A stretch of 49,979 nt of DNA. It comes from Chthoniobacteraceae bacterium. Lineage in GTDB: Bacteria > Verrucomicrobiota > Verrucomicrobiia > Chthoniobacterales > Chthoniobacteraceae. Below the pieces are notes generated by a model. It searched no databases and was not told where the DNA came from. It saw only the letters and a program-made list of their open reading frames with translations. A program made the translations under genes and the position numbers. Below, piece by piece: positions 9,855 to 19,468 of this stretch; within the stretch, counting starts at the first letter, position 1; each line of letters starts with the position of its first letter. The stretch is taken from assembly GCA_040081625.1 (NCBI GenBank), contig JBEBGD010000034.1, positions 1 to 49,979 on the forward strand, given 5' to 3'.

Positions 9855-10874
9855 ATGAAACGCCAACTGGCCGAAGTCGCCAGCTCGCTCGGTTTCGATC
9901 TCTGCCAGGTCGCGCCCGCGACCGAACCGCCGCACGCCAACGAATTCCACGCCTGGCTGGAGGAAGGCCGCGCCGGCGACATGGCGTGGCTCGCCCGCAA
10001 TGCCGCGCGGCGCACCGACCCGCAACTCGTGCTGCCGGGCGTGCAGAGCGTGATCGTGCTGGGGATGAACTACTGGGATGGGGCGCGTTCGTCCCGTGGG
10101 ACCCCCGGCCGCATCGCCCGCTACGCGTGGGGCGATGACTACCACGACGTGCTCGAGCCGAAGCTCCGCGCGCTCGACTCGTGGCTCGGCGAGCGCGGCG
10201 GCACGCAGCGCTGCTACGTGGACACCGGCCCGGTGCTCGAGCGCGACTTCGCCGCGCTCGCCGGCGCGGGATGGCACGGCAAATCGACCATGCTCCTGCA
10301 CACCAAATTCGGCCCATGGCTTTTCCTCGCCGAAGTGCTCACCACGCTGCGCTTCGAGCCCGACGCCCCGGCGCGCGACCACTGCGGCAAATGCACGCGC
10401 TGCATCGACGTGTGCCCGACGCACGCGATCACCGCGCCGCAGCGGCTCGACGCACGCCGCTGCATTTCCTACCTCACCATCGAAAACAAAGGCGCGATCC
10501 CCGAGGAGTTTCGCGCCGCCATCGGCGACCGCATCTACGGCTGCGACGAATGCCTCGAGGTCTGCCCGTGGAACCGCTTCGCGCAGCAATCGCGCGAGTC
10601 CGCCTTCACCGCGCGCGAGTTCGTCCACGGCTGGGCGCTGCGCGATTTCCTCGCGCTCGACGACGACGCCTTCCGCACGCTTTTCCGCCGCAGCCCGATC
10701 AAGCGCATCAAGCGCCGCGGCTTCCTGCGCAACGTCTGCGTCGCGCTCGGCAACGTCGGCACGCTCGACGACCTGCCCGCGCTGGAGAACGCCGCGTGCG
10801 ATCCTGAGCCGCTCATCGCCGTCCACGCGCAATGGGCGATCGGGGAGATCGCGCGCCGGTTCGCGGTTCATTAG
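9855..10874 (+). CDS. queG: tRNA epoxyqueuosine(34) reductase QueG
   Basis: IARYAWGDDYH, VDTGPVLER and two Fe-S motifs (CGKCTRCIDVCP, GCDECLEVCPWN). Confidence 0.95.
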   Translation: MKRQLAEVASSLGFDLCQVAPATEPPHANEFHAWLEEGRAGDMAWLARNAARRTDPQLVLPGVQSVIVLGMNYWDGARSSRGTPGRIARYAWGDDYHDVLEPKLRALDSWLGERGGTQRCYVDTGPVLERDFAALAGAGWHGKSTMLLHTKFGPWLFLAEVLTTLRFEPDAPARDHCGKCTRCIDVCPTHAITAPQRLDARRCISYLTIENKGAIPEEFRAAIGDRIYGCDECLEVCPWNRFAQQSRESAFTAREFVHGWALRDFLALDDDAFRTLFRRSPIKRIKRRGFLRNVCVALGNVGTLDDLPALENAACDPEPLIAVHAQWAIGEIARRFAVH

Positions 10875-10887
10875 TCTCATCGATCCC

Positions 10888-12078
10888 TTGCGTCCCATCC
10901 TGCTCCTCCTCGCCGCCACGCTCGCCCATGCTCGCGATCTCCACGTCGATCCCGCCAGCGGAGACGACAGGAGCGACGGCGTTGCGAAGCCGACGAAAAC
11001 CATCACTCGCGCGATCCGCCTCGCGCAACCGGGCGACACCATCCACCTCGCGCCGGTGCGGTATTTCGAGAGCGCGGATCTCACGAGAAAAAACGGGATC
11101 GCCCTCGATGGCCACGGCGCGGTGCTCGACGGCAGCGAGCCAGTGCGCGACTGGGAGCCGCTCGCCGGGAATCTCTATCGCAGGGTAAAGCTCATCCCGC
11201 GCATGGACGACGCGATCCTCGGGCGCTGGTTTTTCGTGTTCGATGGAAAGATGAATCACATGGGCCGCACCGCGAAAGGCCCGAGCGCGCCGCTCAAAAA
11301 GCCCGCGGAGCTTCAGCCCAGCGAGTGGACCTACGTGAAGGACGAGGACGCCTTCTACATCCGCCTCGCTTCGGGCCAGAAACTCGACGCCGCAAACATC
11401 CGCTACCCGCTTCGCAGCAGCGGCGTCATCCAGAGCATCTCGGGCGCGCACCTCGTTGTGCGCAACATCATCGCCACGCACGTCTATAATGACGGTTTCA
11501 ACATCCACGGTGCGCAACGCGATTGCGTGTTCGAGAACATCGCGGCGATCGAGTGCGGCGACGACGGCTTCAGCGCGCACGAAGATGCTGAGTGCCGCAT
11601 CGACGGCTTTGTCTCGATCGGCAATTCGACCGGCCTGTGCGACACCGTCTCGAGCGTCACACATTTCAAGAACGTCTTCATCAAGGACTGCCTCGGCTTC
11701 GACGTGTTCTTCATCAGCGACTCGGAGCACAGCATCGAGAACGCGATCATCGAGAGCAGCGCCGCGCGCGCCTTCGAGGCCGCGCAGCACACCGATCGTC
11801 CGCAGATCGGCCCGTGCACCGTCGTCCTGCGCAACGTGCTTTTCCGCCGCGCAGGCGCGCCGCAGGAACTCCGCGTGGGCCGCAATGCAACGCTCACCGC
11901 CGAGCGATGCACCTTCCGCGGACTCACGAAGCCGGCTCAGCCCGGCGGCGAGTTGAACGCGACGGGCTGCCTCTTCGGCAGCGACACCGATCCATCAGCG
12001 GGAGCGGACGAAGCCTCGCTCGCAAGAATTTCGGAAATGGCCGCCGTCGTCGTGAAGCGCTGGCGCGAGGCGAAGTGA
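10888..12078 (+). CDS. Secreted right-handed parallel beta-helix protein
   Basis: TTG start gives a signal peptide (RPILLLLAATLAHA). It is followed by LHVDPASGDD...PGDTIHL and repeated NDGFNIHG / GDDGFSAHE turns. The upstream part of the track ORF overlaps queG and is spurious. Confidence 0.75.
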   Translation: MRPILLLLAATLAHARDLHVDPASGDDRSDGVAKPTKTITRAIRLAQPGDTIHLAPVRYFESADLTRKNGIALDGHGAVLDGSEPVRDWEPLAGNLYRRVKLIPRMDDAILGRWFFVFDGKMNHMGRTAKGPSAPLKKPAELQPSEWTYVKDEDAFYIRLASGQKLDAANIRYPLRSSGVIQSISGAHLVVRNIIATHVYNDGFNIHGAQRDCVFENIAAIECGDDGFSAHEDAECRIDGFVSIGNSTGLCDTVSSVTHFKNVFIKDCLGFDVFFISDSEHSIENAIIESSAARAFEAAQHTDRPQIGPCTVVLRNVLFRRAGAPQELRVGRNATLTAERCTFRGLTKPAQPGGELNATGCLFGSDTDPSAGADEASLARISEMAAVVVKRWREAK

Positions 12079-12098
12079 AGGGAGTTCGCGCCAGATCC

Positions 12099-12287
12099 CG
12101 TCGCGTAGCGACGAATTGAAAATAGCCGGGCACTTCAGTGCCCGGAACCCTCGCCGTTCATACGGACGCGTCGCGTAGCGACGGCTGACCCGGAATTCTC
12201 GACCGTCGCTACGCGACGCACTCGAGTTGGCGACCGGTGGTCGCGGCACTAAAGTGCCGCGCTATTTTCGGGTCGTCGCTACGCGAC
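12099..12287. repeat. Nested palindromic REP/REPIN-like element
   Basis: CGTCGCGTAGCGACG at 12099 and 12169, with reverse complements at about 12204 and 12274. GAAAATAGCCGGGCACTTCAGTGCCCGG (12118-12145) is mirrored by CGCGGCACTAAAGTGCCGCGCTATTTTC (12242-12269). It lies between convergent genes. Confidence 0.85.
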
Positions 12288-12321
12288 AGGCAACGGCGGC
12301 GTCGCACGAGTCCTACGGCAG

Positions 12322-14115
12322 TTACTGCCAATCGCCGCGCAGCCAGTCGGCGACCATTTCGATCTGCCGCTTCGTGAGCTCGTGCTTCTCGCCGTAGGCG
12401 GGCATGCGATCGTTGCGCCGATCGTAGAAGCGCTTGTGCGCGGGATTCTCGATGATGCCGATGGTCCATTCGCGCGAAGCCCAGCCTGTCAGGTCCGGCC
12501 CGGTGCCGCCGCCTTCGCCGCGGAAGCTGTGGCAGTCGATGCAATTGAGCTGCGTCTCTCCCATCGCCACGCGGCCGGTCGCGATCTGCGTGGCGGCGTG
12601 CTTGTCATCGTCACGCTGCGCGGGCAGCGCGGCCTCCGCCGAGAGCGCGACGATCGCGTCGTTGAGCTGCTGCTTCTGCGCGGCGTCGAACTTCGCTACG
12701 TCCTCGAGCACGTAGTCCACCATCTTGCCCTTCGACTTGCCCGGCGGCGGATGCACGAACGCGGTTCCGCCCCACCAGCGATCGGTCGCGATCTTCTCCG
12801 GATCCATGAAGGAGCGCAGCCAGTCGCGGCTGCCCCATCCCTTCAACTCGGCGGCGGTCTGCTTGTCCTGGAGCGGCACTCCGAGCCCATCGTGGCCGTC
12901 GTAGCTGTGGCACGAGGAGCATTTCGCCGCGAAAATCTTCGGCCCTTGCGTGAGCGGATCGTCGCGCAGGAGCTCGAGCGCACCAATCGGCGGGATGCCG
13001 TGCGTGATCGCGATCTGTTTCGCACGCGCCGCATCGCGGGCGCCTTGCTTCACGGCTGCGGCGAAGTGCGGGTCGCGCGCGTCGTGGCGCATCGCGAGGA
13101 AGGTCAGCCAGCAAAATGCGGCGAGACCGAGCCAGAGCCCGGCGAGATTGAAGCCGTGCATCACCCGCCAGCGCGACCACAGCGGCATGACAAGCAGGAA
13201 GAGCACGATCGCGCTCGGGATGATCACCGAGCCCCACACGAGGTTCTTGCCGGGGAAGTATTCCTGGAACTTCAGCAGCTCGAAAAGCGACATGAAATAC
13301 CAGTCCGGCCGCGCGGCGGAATAGTTGTCCGCGGGGTTGGCCGGCGCAGTCAGCTCGGCACCGCGATTGAGCCACACGAGCGTGAGCACGGCAGCCATCA
13401 CCGCGAGGCACGCGACGGCGTCCTTGAGCACCTGGTCGGGCCAGAAACGCGCATCCGGCAGGCGCAGCGGGCGCTTCGGCGTGATGCCGTGACGGCGGAA
13501 GAGGTAGATGTGGCCGACGATGAGCGCGACGAGCAGCGCCGGCAGCACGCCCGCGTGCAGCGCGAAGAATCGCGTGAGCGTCTGGTGCCCATAGTCCGGC
13601 CCACCGATGACGATGCGCTGCAGCGACGGCCCGATCGCCGGGATGCTCGCGAGCAGGTTGGTCGCGACCTTCGTGGCCCAGAATCCCTTTTGATCCCACG
13701 GCAGCAAATAGCCCGTGAGCGACAGCGCGAGCACGACGCCCATGAGCGCGATGCCGAACCAATAGTTCACCTCGCGCGGCGCCTTATAAGCACCGTCGAT
13801 CACAACCTGCATGAGATGCAGCACGAGCAGCGGCACCATGATCTGCGCGGTCCAGTGGTGGATGCCGCGCACGATCCAGCCGCCGGGCACGTGCTCCTGC
13901 AAATAGAAGACGCTCTCCCAAGCCGTCTGCGCGCTCGGGCTGTAGGCCATCCACAGGAAGATGCCCGTGATGAACTGCACGACGATCGCGAAGGTCAGCG
14001 TGCTGCCCCACACATAGCGCCAGCGCGCGCCGCCGGGGATGTGCTCGAAGAGCACCGCGCGCAACATGCCGCGGTAACCCGTGCGGTGATCCAGCCAGTC
14101 AAAGAGCGATCTCAT
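12322..14115 (-). CDS. Cytochrome b fused to a C-terminal diheme cytochrome c (bc-type complex)
   Basis: Heme b histidines in GIHHW, VLHL, FALHAG and VGHIY; GYLLPWDQ; Qo motif PDWY; CSSCH and CIDCH. ATGA overlap with the Rieske stop. Confidence 0.92.
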   Translation of the reverse strand: MRSLFDWLDHRTGYRGMLRAVLFEHIPGGARWRYVWGSTLTFAIVVQFITGIFLWMAYSPSAQTAWESVFYLQEHVPGGWIVRGIHHWTAQIMVPLLVLHLMQVVIDGAYKAPREVNYWFGIALMGVVLALSLTGYLLPWDQKGFWATKVATNLLASIPAIGPSLQRIVIGGPDYGHQTLTRFFALHAGVLPALLVALIVGHIYLFRRHGITPKRPLRLPDARFWPDQVLKDAVACLAVMAAVLTLVWLNRGAELTAPANPADNYSAARPDWYFMSLFELLKFQEYFPGKNLVWGSVIIPSAIVLFLLVMPLWSRWRVMHGFNLAGLWLGLAAFCWLTFLAMRHDARDPHFAAAVKQGARDAARAKQIAITHGIPPIGALELLRDDPLTQGPKIFAAKCSSCHSYDGHDGLGVPLQDKQTAAELKGWGSRDWLRSFMDPEKIATDRWWGGTAFVHPPPGKSKGKMVDYVLEDVAKFDAAQKQQLNDAIVALSAEAALPAQRDDDKHAATQIATGRVAMGETQLNCIDCHSFRGEGGGTGPDLTGWASREWTIGIIENPAHKRFYDRRNDRMPAYGEKHELTKRQIEMVADWLRGDWQ

Positions 14116-14666
14116 CCGACGGCCACCTTCTCGCGCACGCCGGTCTTGAAGTTGAGGAACTTCACCCACACCTCGCGCTCGCGCAGTTCGACCACGAGGG
14201 AGTCGAGGCCACGCAGGCTCGGGCTCTGGCCGACCACGGCGCCGTCTTTCGCGAACGAACTGTCGTGGCAAGGGCAATAGAAGGCGGTCCTCTCCTCGCG
14301 ATACTCCACGGAGCATCCGAGATGCGGACACGCGGCGTTGAAGGCGACGATTTCCTCCTCGGATTTGCGGAGCAGAAAGACTGCGCCGATCGCCTGCGTG
14401 GGAAATTGCGTCCACGCATCGCGTCGAGCGGCGACGACCTGGAAGATCCGCGGCTTGCCGATCGGCAGCACGTCGAGCGTCGTGAGTTTCACCTCGACCG
14501 GCGGGCCTTCGAGCGAGAGCGGATGCACCAGCACGGTGATCCCCGCCGCGAGCGGCGCGAGCACGCACGCACCACCGAGCAACGCGCACGCAGCGCCCTT
14601 GAGGAATTCGCGGCGCTCGACGGGAGCGTCGGCAGGCGGCGGCTCGGTGGGTTCGTGGTCGGTCAT
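14112..14666 (-). CDS. Rieske 2Fe-2S subunit of the bc complex
   Basis: Tat-type ERREFLK plus a TM helix; CPHLGC and CPCHDS boxes. Confidence 0.93.
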   Translation of the reverse strand: MTDHEPTEPPPADAPVERREFLKGAACALLGGACVLAPLAAGITVLVHPLSLEGPPVEVKLTTLDVLPIGKPRIFQVVAARRDAWTQFPTQAIGAVFLLRKSEEEIVAFNAACPHLGCSVEYREERTAFYCPCHDSSFAKDGAVVGQSPSLRGLDSLVVELREREVWVKFLNFKTGVREKVAVG

Positions 14667-15676
14667 GGCGCGCAGGAGTCGGCTGAAACAGCCGGTGGTG
14701 TCAAGGCCGCACGCCGATACGAGAAGCGCTTCGCCCACGCGCCCGCGGGCAATTCCACAAGGCGATACGCCACCCACGCGGTGACGATCGAAAGCGCCAG
14801 CGCGACGCCCACCAGCGCCACGCGCGCGCCGGATGAAAGCGGCATCGCACCGAACATGCCGAGAAACCCCGCGCCTGCCGCGAGGTGGAAGAGATAGAGC
14901 GAATAGGAAATGTCGCTGAGCCCCTTTGCCCACCGCGGCACGCCAAGCGGCAGCGCGAGCAAGGCAAGCGGGAACACCGCCGCCAGTGCCGCCGGCGCGC
15001 TGTCGTTGCTCCACATCAGCAGCGCGCAGAGCAGCGCGATCATCGCATTCACAGGCCGCACGCCGAGCGACGCGTGCCAGCGGAATGCCGCGATCCCGAG
15101 CAGAAAACACAGCCCGAATCGCGGCAGGCTCCGCGTGGGCCACGGCAGGAAACACGACGCGATCACGACGGCCGCCATCGCCACGAAAGGCCATGCGCGC
15201 TCCGACGCCGCCCATCGCCACAGCAGCGCGATCACGAGGTAGAACTGCACTTCGATCGCGAGCGCCCAGTAGATTTCGATCAGCCACGGCACGCCGAGAA
15301 GGTCGTTGAGATAGGCAAAGTGCGCCGCGAGCGGACCCGGCGCGATCGCCACGCCGCCCGCCCCCACCGCCCCCGCCGGGATCGCGACGCTCGCGAGATA
15401 CGGCGGATAAAGCCGCACCATCCGCCGCGCGATGAACGGCCCAAACGCGGCGCCCGTGAAACCGCCACGCCACATCGCCAGCGGCACGACGAACCCGGAG
15501 ATCACGAAAAACGTCCGCACACCGAGGTGGCCGAAGTAGCCCGCCTCCATGAGCCAGTGCCCGGCCGGCAGCCAGCCGTTATTGGTGAAATGAAATAGCG
15601 CGATCGCGACCGCCGCGAATCCGCGCGCGAGGTCGAACCCACTGAGATGGCCGCTCGCAGCAGCGCTCGCGCTCAA
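14663..15676 (-). CDS. Acyltransferase-3 (OafA-like) membrane acyltransferase
   Basis: FDLARGFA...FH, FFVISGF, RRMVRLYP, WALAIEVQFY and ISYSLYLFH. The TTG start overlaps the sucA stop. Confidence 0.85.
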   Translation of the reverse strand: MSASAAASGHLSGFDLARGFAAVAIALFHFTNNGWLPAGHWLMEAGYFGHLGVRTFFVISGFVVPLAMWRGGFTGAAFGPFIARRMVRLYPPYLASVAIPAGAVGAGGVAIAPGPLAAHFAYLNDLLGVPWLIEIYWALAIEVQFYLVIALLWRWAASERAWPFVAMAAVVIASCFLPWPTRSLPRFGLCFLLGIAAFRWHASLGVRPVNAMIALLCALLMWSNDSAPAALAAVFPLALLALPLGVPRWAKGLSDISYSLYLFHLAAGAGFLGMFGAMPLSSGARVALVGVALALSIVTAWVAYRLVELPAGAWAKRFSYRRAALTPPAVSADSCAP

Positions 15677-18429
15677 ACCGTAAACGCCTGCTCGATCAGT
15701 TTCTTCTGCTCGATGTCGCTGAGGCCCTTGCTGCCGACTGCCGTGCTCGCGCTCGTCTTGCGGCCGGCGTAGCGCAGCTTTTTGTCGGCGAAGCCGGCGG
15801 CGTCGAGCAGTTCGCGCAGCCGCGGCATCATGAAATTCCACGCGCCCATGTTCTGCGGCTCCTCCTGGCACCACACGAAGCGCGTCGAGTTCGGATACTT
15901 CGCCAACTCAGCGGTGAGCGCGTCGTCGTGCAGGGGGTAAAGCTGCTCGACCCGGATGAACGCCGTGTCGCCGATCTTCTGCTCGGTGCGGAAGTTGAGC
16001 AGGTCGTAGAAAACCTTCCCGGCGCTCAGGACCACACGCTTGATCGACTTCGGATTCGCGACCGTCGCGTCGCCGATGATCTCGTGGAAGCGGCCGCTCG
16101 TGAAGTCCTCGAGCTTCGACGCCGCAGCCTCGAGTCGGAGCATCGACTTGGGCGTCATCAGCACGAGCGGCTTCTTGAACTCGCGCTTCATCTGCCGGCG
16201 CAGGATGTGGAAATACTGCGCGGGTGTCGTGAGGTTCGCGACCTCGATGTTCTTCTCCGCGCAGAGCTGGAGGAAGCGCTCGAGCCGCGCGCTCGAGTGC
16301 TCGGGGCCCTGGCCTTCGTAGCCGTGCGGTAGCAGCAGCACGATGCCGCTCACGCGCTGCCATTTCGATTCCGCGCTCGCGATGAACTGATCGATGACGA
16401 CCTGCGCGCCATTCACGAAGTCCCCGAACTGCGCCTCCCACATGCAGAGCAGGCGCGGGTAATTGAGCGAGTAGCCGTAGTCGAAGCCGAGCACGGCGGC
16501 TTCGCTCAGCAGCGAGTTGTAGATGCAGATGCGCGTGCCGCCCTCGTCGGCGAGCGTCTTGAGCGCGCACCAGCGATCACGGTTCTCATCGTCGTAAAGA
16601 TACGCGTGGCGCTGCGTGAAGGTGCCGCGCCGGCAGTCCTGCCCGCTCAGGCGCACGGGCACGCCCTCGATCAGCAGCGAGCCCCACGCGAGCGCCTCGC
16701 CGAAGCTCCAGTCGAAGCCTTCGCCTTTCGCGAAAACCTGCGCGCGCTTTTCGAGGAAGAAGCGCTTGAGCTTCGAGTTCACATGAAAATCCGCCGGCGG
16801 CGTGGTGAGCACCTGCACAACGTGCGCGAGCGCTTCCTTCGGCACAGCGGTCTCGACCGGCTCGTGGTTGTAGTCGGGCTGCTGCACGGCGGTCGAACCG
16901 GTGAACTTGTTGCCCTCGATCGTCTTCGACTCCGCGAGCGCCGTCTCGAGCCTGCCGAGCAATTCCTTCTCGAGCGCCTGCACCTTCTCGGCGGTCAGCG
17001 TGCCGTCGTCGATGAGGCGTTGCTGGAAAATCTTTGCCACGCTCGCGTGCTCATCGACGAGGTCGTAGAGCGTCGGCTGCGTGTAGGCGGGCTCATCGAC
17101 TTCGTTGTGCCCGTGCCGGCGGTAGCACACGAGGTCGATGACGACATCGCGCTTGAAGGTCTGCCGGAACTCGAACGCCAGCTCCGCGCAGTAGCGCACG
17201 GCGAGCGGGTCGTCGCCGTTCACGTGGAAGATCGGCGCCTCGATCATCTTCGCCACGTCGGTGCAATACTGCGTCGAGCGCGCGTCCTCGGGCAGCGTGG
17301 TGAAGCCGATCTGGTTGTTGATGACGATGTGGATCGTGCCGCCGACGCGATAGCCCGCGAGCTGCGACATGTTCAGCACCTCGGCGACGACGCCCTGTCC
17401 GGCGAACGCCGCGTCGCCGTGGAGCAGGATCGGCACGACGCGCGAGCGATCCTCGGTGTCCTTGCGGATGCGCTGCCGCGCGCGCGCCATGCCCTGCACG
17501 ACGGGATCGACGATCTCGAGGTGCGACGGATTCGCCGAGAGCCGCACCTCGACTTCGGCACCGCTGGGCTTGATCACGCGCGTGTGAACGTAGCCGAGGT
17601 GATACTTCACATCGCCATCGCCGAAGACCGACTCGGGAATGTAGTTCGGGCTGAATTCCTTGAGGAAGATCGAGTAGGGCTTCTTCAGAAACTCGACGAT
17701 CACCGCGAGCCGCCCGCGATGGGCCATGCCCATGCATAGCTCCTCGACCTTGTAGTGCGGGCAGTTTTCCAGCACGCCATCGAGCGCGCTGATGAGCGAC
17801 TCGCCGCCCTCGACCGAGAAGCGCTTCACGCCTTGAAATCGCGTGTGCAGGAAGTGCTCGAACATCTCGACCTTCATCAAGTGCCGGAGCATCCGCGTCT
17901 TCGTCTTCGCGTCCGCCGACCACGAGTCGCGCGTCTCGATTTTCTCGCGCACCCAGTTCCGCACCTTGGGATTCTGGATGTGCATGAACTCGAAGCCGAT
18001 GTTCGAGGAGTAGATCGCCTCGAGCTTGGCGACCATCTCGCGCAGCAGCATCGCCTTGCCGCCGAGGAGGAATTTCGAGCTGACGGTCAGGTCGAGATCC
18101 TTCTCGCTGAAGCCGAATTCGCCGAGCCGCATGAGCGGATTCTCCGGGCGCTGTTTTGCGAGAGGGTCGGTGCGCGCGATCGTGTGGCCGAGGGTGCGGT
18201 AGCCATAGACGAGGCCGTCCACGCGAGTCTGGAGCGGCGCATCGCCGCCGGTCGCGGATTCGGCTTGCGCGGGCATCGCGCCGTTCGTGCCGGGCCGTGT
18301 GCTGCCGAGCTCGAAGCCCTCGAAGAATGCGGACCACGTGGAATCGACGGACGCGGGATCGTTGCGCCACGCCTCGTAGTTTTGGTCGATGAGCTGGGCG
18401 TTTGCTTGATTGGCGAAGAACAGGGCCAT
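15673..18429 (-). CDS. sucA: 2-oxoglutarate dehydrogenase E1 component
   Basis: GMAHRGRL, GDVKYHLG, NPSHLE, the ThDP motif HGDAAFAGQG, WEAQFGDF and LLPHGYEGQGPEHSSAR. Confidence 0.95.
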   Translation of the reverse strand: MALFFANQANAQLIDQNYEAWRNDPASVDSTWSAFFEGFELGSTRPGTNGAMPAQAESATGGDAPLQTRVDGLVYGYRTLGHTIARTDPLAKQRPENPLMRLGEFGFSEKDLDLTVSSKFLLGGKAMLLREMVAKLEAIYSSNIGFEFMHIQNPKVRNWVREKIETRDSWSADAKTKTRMLRHLMKVEMFEHFLHTRFQGVKRFSVEGGESLISALDGVLENCPHYKVEELCMGMAHRGRLAVIVEFLKKPYSIFLKEFSPNYIPESVFGDGDVKYHLGYVHTRVIKPSGAEVEVRLSANPSHLEIVDPVVQGMARARQRIRKDTEDRSRVVPILLHGDAAFAGQGVVAEVLNMSQLAGYRVGGTIHIVINNQIGFTTLPEDARSTQYCTDVAKMIEAPIFHVNGDDPLAVRYCAELAFEFRQTFKRDVVIDLVCYRRHGHNEVDEPAYTQPTLYDLVDEHASVAKIFQQRLIDDGTLTAEKVQALEKELLGRLETALAESKTIEGNKFTGSTAVQQPDYNHEPVETAVPKEALAHVVQVLTTPPADFHVNSKLKRFFLEKRAQVFAKGEGFDWSFGEALAWGSLLIEGVPVRLSGQDCRRGTFTQRHAYLYDDENRDRWCALKTLADEGGTRICIYNSLLSEAAVLGFDYGYSLNYPRLLCMWEAQFGDFVNGAQVVIDQFIASAESKWQRVSGIVLLLPHGYEGQGPEHSSARLERFLQLCAEKNIEVANLTTPAQYFHILRRQMKREFKKPLVLMTPKSMLRLEAAASKLEDFTSGRFHEIIGDATVANPKSIKRVVLSAGKVFYDLLNFRTEQKIGDTAFIRVEQLYPLHDDALTAELAKYPNSTRFVWCQEEPQNMGAWNFMMPRLRELLDAAGFADKKLRYAGRKTSASTAVGSKGLSDIEQKKLIEQAFTV

Positions 18430-18481
18430 GTGTCGGGAGACGACGTTAAGCACAGCGCAACCCGCGGCGCAAAAAACGAAT

Positions 18482-19468
18482 TCAGCCCGCGAGCGCGCTA
18501 CGCACTGCCGCGAAAACTTCATCCGGCGTGATCTGCCACATGCATTTGAGGCCATACGGGCACTCGTCCGTCCGCCAGCATGGGGCGCATTCGACGGCGC
18601 GGTAGAAGCCGGTGGTCTTCGGATACCGGTAGCCGTCGGGATGTTCGTAGCCGCCGAAGGTGATCACCGATGGCAGCCCGTGGCCGGCAGCGACGTGCAT
18701 TCCGCCCGACGACGGACCGACGAAAACGTCGCCCTGCCCGACCAGCCAGAGGAAATCCTCCATCGAAGTCTTCCCGGCGAAGGAATGAAACCGCGGGCCG
18801 AAATCGCGCGCCGCCGCGAGCGGCTCCGCGCCGACTTCGATCACGGTGTAGTCCGCCGACAGGCGCTCGATCAACGTCTCCCAATTCGCGATGGGCCACT
18901 GCTTGACCGGCGTCCATCGGCTCGCGCGCGGCTGGACGATCACGCGGGGCCGCGGCAGCGCATCGACCTGCGCGCGCAGCGCCGCCGAGGGCTCCACCCT
19001 CGGCAGCGTCGGCGGGCTCGATTCCATCTCCAGCCCGACACACTCCGCGATGTGCGTGATGAGCGCCCGCGGCGGTGGCACCGGCGGGCCATACGCGAGG
19101 ACGACGGCGCCGCGGGAAGACTCCTCCATCGTCGAGAAGGGCACGATCTCGTCGAGGCAATCGAGCTTCTCGAACAAGTCGGGATGGCGGGTGACGAAGG
19201 TCAGCCGGCAGCGCGGATTGCGGCGCTTGATCTCGCGGAACACGGGCAGGCACATCAACTCATCGCCGATGCCGCCGCCAAAGGACAAAAGCCGCAGCGA
19301 CGCGCGCTGCCACGGCCGGCGGACCGGCCAGCGCAGGCGGAAGACCCACTCCGGTGGAAGCCGCCGCGCGCGCCCGGTCAGCCAGTGCTTGAACCGCAGG
19401 CGCCGCCACACGATCCCCTTGCGGAGACGCGTGAGGAATGAATCGGGATTGGCGCTCGGTGCGGACAT
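18482..19468 (-). CDS. Glycosyltransferase family 9 (heptosyltransferase-like)
   Basis: GGIGDELM, KQWP, FVGPSSGGMHVAA and a C-terminal CAPC...C...C motif. Confidence 0.82.
   Translation of the reverse strand: MSAPSANPDSFLTRLRKGIVWRRLRFKHWLTGRARRLPPEWVFRLRWPVRRPWQRASLRLLSFGGGIGDELMCLPVFREIKRRNPRCRLTFVTRHPDLFEKLDCLDEIVPFSTMEESSRGAVVLAYGPPVPPPRALITHIAECVGLEMESSPPTLPRVEPSAALRAQVDALPRPRVIVQPRASRWTPVKQWPIANWETLIERLSADYTVIEVGAEPLAAARDFGPRFHSFAGKTSMEDFLWLVGQGDVFVGPSSGGMHVAAGHGLPSVITFGGYEHPDGYRYPKTTGFYRAVECAPCWRTDECPYGLKCMWQITPDEVFAAVRSALAG

Noticed and set aside
12099..12287. Possible CRISPR mini-array
   Set aside because: The repeats are only about 15 bp, occur in both orientations with irregular spacing, and no cas genes are present.
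12322..15874. ORF-track N-terminal extensions of cytochrome b (755 aa), Rieske (453 aa) and acyltransferase (403 aa)
   Set aside because: The extensions overlap neighbouring real genes in other frames; 4-nt stop/start overlaps define the shorter starts.
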